From Ginkgo biloba (Eukaryota; Plantae; Ginkgophyta), in NCBI GenBank assembly GCA_024626585.2, contig JANKJI020000002.1, positions 50,457,394 through 50,482,042 on the forward strand: a stretch of DNA of 24,649 nt. The letters are read 5' to 3'. Under the pieces are notes generated by a model that searched no databases, was not told where the DNA came from, and was given only the letters and a program-made list of their open reading frames with translations. The position numbers and the translations under genes were made by a program. Positions 11,397-20,629 of this stretch are shown here, piece after piece; the first letter of the stretch is position 1, and each line of letters opens with the position of its first letter.

Positions 11397-12164
11397 CTGC
11401 AACACACCAACAGATAAAGTCCCTTTAATCATGATAACATTTAATCATGATAATACGTAATTAGAAGAAGGAAAACAATGCTGCTCACAGTCCCAGAGAA
11501 AATTTTAAGCATGGATTCTCTTTTATTAACTATCATTGATTGACAAATATTTCTAACTTCAATAATTTATACAGTACAGGCCAATGTTTTAGTAATTTCT
11601 GTTAAATTTTGGTGAAAATTTGTATTATTTTTTATTAAAATTAAAAAATAACAAATATTCTAGAAAAAAATTCCCCTATTGACGAATCTTATTTCACAGA
11701 ATTTGTAAACAAATCTCATTTGACTGTATATATAGCCCACAAGTTTATTTTACAAAATTTGTAAACAAATCTCATTTGACTGTCTATATAGCCCACGAGT
11801 TTTTCCCTGCACAATACACAAGTATAAAATAGAAAAACTCAAAAACAGAAAATAGAGTAAGCAGAAAAGAAAATATACCATTCTGTGTTTTATTACTGGC
11901 AATGCCAAGTCATTTTCAATCTCTAAGCTTTGCATCTCTGTAATTTTACATATTCCACATGCAGCAAAATCCCTTAGTAAGCACCTCAATACTAAACTGA
12001 CTCCAATTTTATATATATGAATGAAAGAAACTTAGCAGTGGCTACAAGTCAACTAATTCTTCACCTGCCACCAAAGCTGGACGAAATGCGTGCAGCCATG
12101 AAGAACAAATAAAGAGCATGGCCATCACTAGAGCTGTAGTAATAATAAGCAGCAATCTCGCCAT
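11208..12164 (-). CDS. CLV3: CLAVATA3-like CLE (CLV3/ESR-related) peptide precursor; 3 coding exons (12164-12065, 11937-11879, 11396-11208), 348 nt, 115 aa
   Basis: Spliced by hand. Both introns are GT-AG (127 and 482 nt) with compatible phases (1, then 0), giving one uninterrupted ORF. It has a hydrophobic N-terminal signal peptide and a C-terminal CLE motif RQAPSGPDPLHH (Arabidopsis CLV3: RTVPSGPDPLHH), preceded by EL and followed by NGSP. CLE family membership is very secure; CLV3 orthology is inferred. Confidence 0.9.
11238..11273 (-). other. Predicted mature CLE dodecapeptide RQAPSGPDPLHH
   Basis: Matches the CLE consensus R-x-x-P-x-G-P-D/N-P-x-H-H/N; 10 of 12 residues identical to CLV3 RTVPSGPDPLHH. 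Confidence 0.93.
11424..11453. repeat. Short direct repeat TTTAATCATGATAA x2 near the intron 2 branch-point region
   Basis: Copies at 11424-11437 and 11440-11453, each containing the palindrome ATCATGAT. Confidence 0.8.
11689..11802. repeat. 56-bp tandem duplication (2 copies) in CLE intron 2
   Basis: ATTTGTAAACAAATCTCATTTGACTGT(A/C)TATATAGCCCAC(A/G)AGTTT starts at 11701 and again at 11757; about 4 mismatches over the whole unit. Confidence 0.95.
11879..11937 (-). CDS. CLV3: CLE gene coding exon 2 (59 nt): (E)MQSLEIENDLALPVIKHRM
   Basis: Acceptor AAATTACAG| (AG at 11939-11938) and donor ATG|GTATAT (GT at 11878-11877). It bridges the phase-1 end of exon 1 to the phase-0 start of exon 3 exactly, and lies inside ORF-track entry 11750..11989. 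Confidence 0.85.
12065..12164 (-). CDS. CLV3: CLE gene coding exon 1: signal peptide MARLLLIITTALVMAMLFICSSWLHAFRPALVA plus 1 nt
   Basis: ATG at 12164 in ATAATGGC context (A at -3, G at +4). Basic Arg followed by a long hydrophobic core. Donor CAG|GTGAAG with GT at 12064-12063. Too short to appear in the ORF track. Confidence 0.88.
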
Positions 12165-12292
12165 TATAGCTGGACTTGAAAGAAGGAACAGCACCTGTAA
12201 CTTACCAGAATGTATAGAGCTGCCTGCAAATAAGAATAATATGTGGAAATATATACTGTGATTGAGGTTTTCTTATCACAGAAGATGGGCAT
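12164..12292 (-). promoter_or_regulatory. Putative 42-codon upstream ORF whose TAA overlaps the CLE start codon (TAATG)
   Basis: ATG at 12292, open for MPIFCDKKTSITVYISTYYSYLQAALYILVSYRCCSFFQVQL, stop TAA at 12166-12164. Whether it is transcribed depends on the unknown TSS. Confidence 0.35.
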
Positions 12293-12322
12293 ATATCTGA
12301 ATGAGTATATGATGAGTATTTG

Positions 12323-12330
12323 TATTTATA
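12323..12330 (-). promoter_or_regulatory. Candidate TATA box (TATAAATA) of the CLE gene
   Basis: Minus strand reads TTTCTCTCTCT-TATAAATA, about 160 nt upstream of the ATG, with a pyrimidine patch just 5' of it and YCAT/TCA initiator-like sequence about 25-30 nt downstream (~12300). Confidence 0.6.
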
Positions 12331-12490
12331 AGAGAGAGAAAGATATTAATGTGGACAAAATTCACACATTAGGAATATGCCACGGTATAGACTTGCAACA
12401 ATAGACTAGTTTATATCACAAAAGAGTTAGCTGAGTCAAGAGGGCCACTACACCACACACGACACCGCGACTCGAAGTTAATAGGAGTGA

Positions 12491-12590
12491 NNNNNNNNNN
12501 NNNNNNNNNNNNNNNNNNNNNNNNNNNNNNNNNNNNNNNNNNNNNNNNNNNNNNNNNNNNNNNNNNNNNNNNNNNNNNNNNNNNNNNNNN
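12491..12590. other. 100-N scaffold gap just upstream of the CLE promoter
   Basis: Exactly 100 Ns, a typical placeholder for a gap of unknown size. Confidence 0.95.
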
Positions 12591-14010
12591 GACCACATTT
12601 CCTGAAGTATATGTTTCAAAGAAAGAGATTTCAGGGATGAAGGAACCATAAGAATTAAATGAGAGTCATGAAGATTTCACCAACTAGGAAAGGTAGGAGA
12701 GTTAGGTGGAGATCAAATGTAGGGAAGGAGGAACCTTCTAGAGGAACACAGTAACTGAGGGAAGAGAAAATTAAGCTATTAACTTATTTTTGAGGGAAAA
12801 TAATGGTAGGTGAGAAGATGGCTTAGTGCCCAAGGCAACTGGGAGAAGTGGAATATATGAGAATAGTCCAAGATAAAGGAGAGAGGAAATATCTACGAGA
12901 GAGAAGGAGATAAAGAGGATACTCTGTGTGAGGAGAAAAGGAAGTGGACAAATACAGATCCAACCATAAGGGGAGAGAAGGCTGAGAAAATATGCCAAAC
13001 GTGAGGCAACTCAGGAGGAAGACAAAAGAAAGTAGTAGGAAGACCAGTTACCATGAGGCAAGCTAGGATATGGTCAAGGAGGACCAATAATAGTGATAGA
13101 ATCAATGGTATAGTTCCTATTGTGAGAGAACCACCTAGTAAGTGAAGGAGAAGGAAGGGGAAGCAAGCAGAAGAAAGGAATTAAGAAAACCACTGACTGT
13201 GAGGTAGCCTAAGGATATGAGTTTTGGGTACAAGGTGAAGTGTTCACTTATAGGGTTCTAATTATGGATAAAAGTGACCTCGCATGTATAATTCCTCCTT
13301 TAAGGAGATAATTGTGTAAACCCTATTTGTCGGGTGTATATGCATGTAAATCGAGAAATTGGCTAGTGGGAAGGATGTAATAAAATTTCATTGAATCCAA
13401 TGTGAAGATTCTATTTTTTTTCTAGATTTGAGTTCTGAAAGAATCCCTCCATACTCATGTTTGTATTTTTTTATTTATTATTGAATTATGAGTGGTACAA
13501 TGTAAATACCTATGAGAAAATAAGCTAAGGAGGAGTTAATATCCTGGGAAGTGGCCAAAATTAGGTGATTCATCAAATCAGTTGTATCACCCTAGAGTGG
13601 ATTCATGCAACCTTCTTTAGTATTATTGGGCATGTTAGATAGTATAGTAGTGACTACTTGTTCTTTTTATGAGAAAATAAGTTTGTGTGTGTGTAGACAC
13701 AGAGATAAAGTTATATCATTTTGTTAAACTCCATGTACTATATTATTGTTATTACCTCTTAGAATTATAATATATGTATTTCCTCATTTTCTATGTAGTT
13801 TATGTTTGTTATTTAAAATGGTAGGTCTTCTATGTATTTTTAATAGATTATATATATACTAAAGTTATCTATACAGATTATAGGTTTCACTTTACCTTCT
13901 ATTCACCTCGTTCATCACACTCTATATGTCCCTGACTAATTATTCTAACTCTCCTCACTCNNNNNNNNNNNNNNTAATACCCCTATATTATATTCCATTA
14001 TTCTATTTTA
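12591..14010. repeat. Dispersed repeat family A, copy 2 (same orientation as copy 1)
   Basis: See copy 1. It starts at a 100-N gap and ends on the right where the LINE fragment begins. Confidence 0.85.
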
Positions 14011-14014
14011 TCAT

Positions 14015-14524
14015 TCACATCCCATACCTTCTTACATAAGGGATATGCATCTTTGGTTGTTCTTGAGAGATTGTTTTTTCATCTTCATTTCTAGGATATT
14101 ATGTCTAAAATGAAGCTCTTTGATATGGTCATCAAACCCACAGTTCTCTATGCATCAGATGTTTGGTTTCCTTATTTGGGAGAGATAGGCTATCATCAGA
14201 TTGAGAGGGTCTATACTATAATGATTCAATATATTATATGTTGTAAGATAATTGTCCCCTAGAGTATTGTTTAGGCTAAGTTTGATGCCCAGCCTCTCCA
14301 TCTTGAGACTACCTTTAGGCTCATTACTTACTTGCACAAGATATAGGAGATGGAAGACTTAGCTATAGGTAGATGTAGATACCCATTTCTATCCATCTAT
14401 TCTTTAGATTGACTAGACACCCTTAATCATCATGGGTGGAGATAAGGTTGGTATTTAGAGATTTTCTCTTTCTTACAGACTATGGATATCTCCATTGATC
14501 GACTTCCCCCTACATATTTTCTCT
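14015..14524 (+). mobile_element. RTE-clade-like LINE fragment (region C-terminal to the reverse transcriptase)
   Basis: From 14101 it reads MSKMKLFDMVIKPTVLYASDVW, matching the LINE motif KLFxxxVxPxxLYGxExW; preceded by LHKGYASLVVLER. Stops present. Confidence 0.7.
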
Positions 14525-14699
14525 NNNNNNNNNNNNNNNNNNNNNNNNNNNNNNNNNNNNNNNNNNNNNNNNNNNNNNNNNNNNNNNNNNNNNNNNNNNN
14601 NNNNNNNNNNNNNNNNNNNNNNNNCAATTCAATCTCTTAAATAGTAAAATGTATATGTGTGATTACTTCCTTAATACTTTGGATTCTTAGGTTAGGTTG

Positions 14700-16900
14700 T
14701 TCTAATATTGATAACTTTCTTTCTCATATCAAGATCGAAAAAATCATGTAGTCTACTAAAGTCTAGAAAGGAGGACGAGCCCAATCCAACCAAAGTTGAT
14801 TGTTGATTCAAAAGTTCCACAAACCAATGATTTAGGGTAGGCACTTCCTCATCAATATTTCATGGAATTATCTCCTTATCCTTCTCTACCATTGTATTTT
14901 CTCGCATAGTTGGGGTAGAGGCAAGGCTAAGTGATTTTTATCTTGAGATGGGCTTCTCCTTCGATGTTGAATTTTCTATACTACAACTTATGGAATTTCT
15001 CTACCTTTTATGGCCATACCCACTTTCTTCATGATATGATTTCTAATTCTTTCCTTTGTCTAGATCATCTCCATCACCTATTCCTCTCTCTATCGCACTA
15101 TATTTTTTTCTTAATATTACAAATACTGATCTATTCAAAATTTGAAGGTCATTGATGGTTTCCTGCCTATGTATGATGCTCCTAGAGGGGGGTCATTTTC
15201 CCATCCATCGATTCCATATAATGTTGAATCTTTAGATCTTGTTCCTCTTTCTTATGAATTCCTTTATTCATGTGATATGTCACTATATTATGCAGTTTCA
15301 ATTTTAGCAAGACTAATCATAGGAGTGACACTTTCTCTCTTCTTCTATAATACCTAATCATAGTATATTGGGTTCCTAAAATTATCCTCCATGTATGGTA
15401 TATGATAGTGTCTCATCTTTCAATGGAGAGAAAATACACCTTCAATGTCATATGTCCTTTCCCAAACTTCTTCAAACCTAAAATCATGTATGCTATCATT
15501 ATATGACTTCACTTTCCCAGTATTCACAATAGTGAGTTCATTGAAATTGAAAGGATAAGAATGAAAAGTATCTTTCTTCCACTTTTGTGTTACCTTAAAG
15601 TATATTGACTGAATTTGTCTACACACTTCATATAGTAAGGTTCGATCATCCACGAACTTGGGGAGATGGTAGGTCCTTCCTTTAAAATCATACAGGTTGA
15701 CATATTTAAAATATTTTTCTAAATACCAATTTATAATACCTTTCAAGGAATACTAATCATCTTGACTGACCCTTGGTGGTTTTTGGTTCTCTAGGAGGGA
15801 AAAAACTCTGTATATAAAATTTTTGTTTAGTAGAAAGAAATACTTATGATTTTGTTTCCAAACTTTAGGATACTAGTATGTGGTTGGTAACCTTTTCTCC
15901 TCCCTACTTAGGTTATTACAAGGAAAATGAGGAAAACTCTAGGTAAACAATAGCATATATATTAGGTATGAATTCATATAAAAATGTCGAGACTAAGGCA
16001 AATCTACAAGTTAGTGGGAAATTGTCTCACTAATGACATTGGCCCAGTTAAAGGTGTGCCCCCTTCTATGATATGATTAATCAAGTATACCATATAATGA
16101 TATATTTCTCACCTAAAACCCTTCTCAATAAGGAAAAAACATCCTTGTATTCTCTATCTAACTTTCTCATTTCGACAGAATGGTTTTCTTACAGGTTTTA
16201 AAATTTATTTTTCTCCCCAAGAAATGATTAACTCGAGGATTTGATCATATTTCTAATAGAATCTCTCAATATTTTTGAAATAAAAATATTCCTCAGGGGT
16301 TGGAAGGATCAACATCTCTTGGAAAATATATGAATTAAGAAAACATAATACCTCTCCTATAATAGTGATTATAACTCTCCTATTAGGATCAAATATTTGA
16401 GAAGACCATTCTATCAGATCACAACATAACATAACTTTAGGAAGAACTACTACTTGTACTAGACCATACTTCCATAAAAAATATGATTCTCTCCTTTCTC
16501 TTTTTTTCTAGATAAAATAATAAAAAATGAGCCTGAAACCAACTCAATAAGTATCCAATGCATTAAAGTGATTTCAAAAGCTAGAGTAGTTCCTAAGGTT
16601 TGGGTCCCTGTCTCTCTTGAGACTCTATTTTCCATTTTCTTGAATTATTAAAATAGACAGAACTTACCTTATGGAAACACCACCTACTAAAAGTATGATT
16701 GAGGTACCAATCTTACTCACATACCTCTTGGAAATATAGATGATTCTTAATACTACTATAGCTATGACTAGTTCATCCTCCACTCATTGCCTTCATAATA
16801 ACTTATTCATCGGTGGGAAAGAATATATTTCTATGAGAAAAAGTATTGTACCTTATCTCATTAATGCAAAGTGAGAAAATATTAAATCAAAATGCACCAT
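14700..16900 (-). mobile_element. Decayed retrotransposon accessory ORF (non gag/pol)
   Basis: ORF 15420..15746 (YHLPKFVDDRTLLYEVCRQ) plus upstream fragments GHTFNWANVISETI (~16022-16063) and FYMNSYLIYMLLF, all broken by stops. Resembles extra ORFs of large plant gypsy elements (from recall, not searched). Confidence 0.5.
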
Positions 16901-18659
16901 ACAATGCATGATGCCACTCTGCATAATAAATTCACGTCTTGCAATTTAATTCACCGCATGCACCAAAATAAAAAATCATAAATTTAACCTTTAAAATTGA
17001 TCATTAATGTGAATGAAGTTCAATCTCATGATGCCACATATTAAATCCATGCCACACTCCCCACCACTTATTTTGAGATTTAGTATTTTTACATTTTTTG
17101 GTTTTATTTAATTAGAGTTTTTGAAATAGGTTGTATGTCATATCCTCTCCCTAATAATCAGGAAACCCAAAAACCCATATGGTTAGAAATCTTATAAACC
17201 ATATATTAGTGCTATCAAACTATTTGATTGGTCTACAAGTTGAGGGAAATATACCCTCTATTTTCTTGAGTCATTAGGAGCTCTTAACTCCCAAATTTTA
17301 ATCATCTCCTCTGACAAAAATATGGACATGAAGTCCTAATGGATTGTAATTTATTCTATAGTTTGATTCAATGGATTTCATTTCACTCCTTCATACTTTT
17401 GGGGTTTTTAAAAAGTGGACATCAAATCCNNNNNNNNNNNNNNNNNNNNNNNNNNGGTTTTCACTAAGATTGTGGGTAAATTCCTTTTACCTTTTTGAGT
17501 TATATCTTTTTAGAGTTTTGTGAGGCAAATGCCACATTCCTATCACCATTCACTATATTTCCCCAACATTTGAAACCCAAACTTATTTTAATGAAGTAAT
17601 ATGTGAACATATCATCATTGCAAATGCATATTCCACTCGGGTCCATGGTCCTTATAAACACAACTTGCCTTGTCTTCATCATAAGATTCCCAAACCCCAA
17701 ATTTTTTATCTTAAATAGTTAACTTTATAAGTGTGGGGTGTATTTTAGGACTTCATACCTACTATCCACTACTTCCTAAGACCTTTCAAACTACTAGCCT
17801 TTAAACTTCAAATTGCTCTAATTGTCAAGATGTGTTCCAGGCCTTCCTTATTCTTCCTTTTTGCTCAATGAACTCATCCAACCTTTTGACTCTAAATTTA
17901 ATCATAGAATCTTATTGGTTATATGCAATAAAAATTGTAAAGGGGGTCCCATTTATAGTTCAACAAGGCATCCTTACTTGGGGAAAATTTCCCCCTCATG
18001 GGGTGTAGAGATCCCATAATCTATGGTTTTATATATAGTAGTTCTTTATCATTCCAACTGTCATATCCTTCATATCAAGTGAATCATATGATTATCAAAA
18101 GTAAAATACTTCATCTTATATGAAATATTCTATTTATGATATCACATCTTCCTTGATTGCACTACACACTATAAACTCCTTGAAGAAACAAGTGAAAGGA
18201 TAGAATCATCATGGACAGAAGCTTCATGAACATCAAAATTTCTATAAATCCACAGGATGAGAAAGGGACAGATAACAATAGTGAGGTTGTTTGGGTAGAT
18301 ATCATATTAGTATAGGATTTATTAGGAATAGGAATGGGTAACCATAACCTTTAATATTTCACGATGATTAAGTTGAGTGAATAATGGCATAGGAGGTGTA
18401 GGAAAGAGGTGGGATAGTGGGTATGTTTAGGAAGTGGGGAATCTATTTCTTATAAGGAACATCATAAGATATAGTTAAACAAGGAAATATTAATCACCCC
18501 CATATATATTTATTTTTCATTTTTTGTGTTGGTAATGATGTTCCTCCCATAGAGTTATGAATGTGTAAACTTTCCAGGGAAACCTTATTTGGGAAAACCA
18601 AGTACTTGTCTAACAAAGGTGATATTAATATGGTTAAAATTATTGTAAGGAAAATTGAA

Positions 18660-18830
18660 TTTTGTAAGGGCCAACCCAAAGAGAATAAAAATTATGATGA
18701 GACCTAGTATTTTATTTGGATTTATTCCACATAAATAATAAATCATCCTATCATAATTCCTTATAGGAGACCCTTTTGTTGAAACCTTGCTTCACTTTGG
18801 CCTAATTTTTCTAGGATAAAAAAACCACTA
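18660..18830 (+). repeat. Dispersed repeat family B, copy 1 (possible LTR start, TGTAAG)
   Basis: Similar to 22960-23118: TTATGATGAG, ATC(A/G)TCCTATCA(T/A)AATTCCTTA, CCTTTTGTTGAAAC, TTTGGCCTAATTTTTCT. Confidence 0.65.
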
Positions 18831-18984
18831 CTTTTATTTTTTCTTCCAATTATAGTGCGTAAAATAATCACCTTTCAATTGTGTNNNNNNNNNNNNNNNN
18901 NNNNNNNNNNNNNNNNNNNNNNNNNNNNNNNNNNNNNNNNNNNNNNNNNNNNNNNNNNNNNNNNNNNNNNNNNNNNNNNNNNNN

Positions 18985-20283
18985 TGGGGTGGAAATAGGA
19001 GGGATCACACTTATTGGACTTATATACAAGGGGCTGGTTATGGTGGTTTTCTATAAAATATTAGGGTCCCTCTGACTCTCTTCTTGCAACTTCTGCCTCT
19101 AAGTGTCTTTGGGCTTCTATCTTTTTTTATCCCTTTCACTCATCCCTTGCTCAAAACTCAGTTTTAAATGCTTCCTTTTTGGGATTTATATCCCTTCATG
19201 ATGGATTGCTTCTTCTCTTTATCGATAACACCTTCCTTTTCTTGAACCTCAGGGAGAGGGATCCTTAGCAAAGTAGGTAGTGACCATGCTATATTTTAGG
19301 GTTCCTTAAAGAAATACCCATTATTAAATGTCTAGTAATGACATTGGGCCATTAGGGAAATTAGTGTATAATCCATAACTAATTGTCTCTTTGGTCTCAA
19401 TGTGGAACACTGGGTGTATTTTAAAGTAAAATCCAAGATGGTTTGTTTAATCCATGATAGGTGAGGCCATACTGGAATGGGTCTCCAATCCTTCAGTGCA
19501 ATCATAATGATCATAGAGGTGTATGTTTCCTTGTCATATTCTATCCATTGAACCTACCTCCATTGCTTATTGCTATATTCAGGTAGTTTCATGCTCGCTT
19601 TGGGCCCGTCGTTCAAATTCCATAAGGACAAATCTAAGTGGAGGATCATTGAAGGTGACAGAAAAGGATTCACTGTTAAAAGCGTTGTAGGTCAACGATC
19701 TATGTAATGAAGTGCCATCAAAGGGAAAAATAGGATTGACTTTTCTTTGAGCATGAATTTCACTTGATAACCACAGAGTTATAAAAGACTCACATGTTGT
19801 TATTGCATATATAATAGTTGCCCTAGCAAACCTTAGCATGAACAAGCACTCCAGATCAAAATTTGCTCACAATATCAAATATCCTTTGTGTTCATGTTTC
19901 ATTACAAAATAAATCCCAAAGCATCATGTGTTGCAAAGAAAGGTATAAAAATTTGCCAGTGCTCTTGCCAAATCATGCCACACAAGAAACTTAGAAATCC
20001 CAATCAACAAATTACAGCAACCAAGTTGATTCAATCAGAGCTGAGAGGCAACTTGAAGGTGGACAAGCACAACTCTGTATCTGGCGGCACCACTGTAGAT
20101 CTGGGTCAAGTGGATCCCCTTTGGCATACGGTCCTATGGGGACCTCACTTCCAGAGGATCACTTATCTTTCAAGGAATCCCTCACAGGGATCTCTCTAAA
20201 TGGCACTACAGACAAGCTACAGGCCTTGCTAGACACAAGATTCAAGAGGAGCTCTATTAGCTCCAACTTTCTGAAGGTACTTT
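18985..20283 (-). mobile_element. LTR 3' end, PBS and 5' internal region of a minus-strand LTR retrotransposon
   Basis: Minus strand reads ...GATCTACA-G-TGGTGCCGCCAG: LTR-terminal CA at 20095-20094, then a TGG-starting PBS-like tract at 20092-20081. The left boundary is uncertain. Confidence 0.45.
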
Positions 20284-20629
20284 NNNNNNNNNNNNNNNNN
20301 NNNNNNNNNNNNNNNNNNNNNNNNNNNNNNNNNNNNNNNNNNNNNNNNNNNNNNNNNNNNNNNNNNNNNNNNNNNNNNNNNNNNNNNNNNNNNNNNNNNN
20401 NNNNNNNNNNNNNNNNNNNNNNNNNNNNNNNNNNNNNNNNNNNNNNNNNNNNNNNNNNNNNNNNNNNNNNNNNNNNNNNNNNNNNNNNNNNNNNNNNNNN
20501 NNNNNNNNNNNNNNNNNNNNNNNNNNNNNNNNNNNNNNNNNNNNNNNNNNNNNNNNNNNNNNNNNNNNNNNNNNNNNNNNNNNNNNNNNNNNNNNNNNNN
20601 NNNNNNNNNNNNNNNNNNNNNNNNNNNNN

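Noticed and set aside
11208-11432. ORF-track entry MIKGTLSV... as a stand-alone single-exon CLE gene
   Set aside because: It has no signal peptide. Its first 12 codons are intron sequence ending in a good TTGCAG acceptor, and the spliced model supplies a proper signal peptide in frame.
11750-11989. 79-aa ORF with a hydrophobic C-terminal half as a membrane protein
   Set aside because: Only 11937-11879 is exon. The hydrophobic part is translation of the T-rich start of intron 2, and the start codon is not ATG.
17456-18650. Possible pol/integrase remnants here and at 21890-22625
   Set aside because: Probably TE-derived, but no motif could be read convincingly by eye; needs an HMM search.
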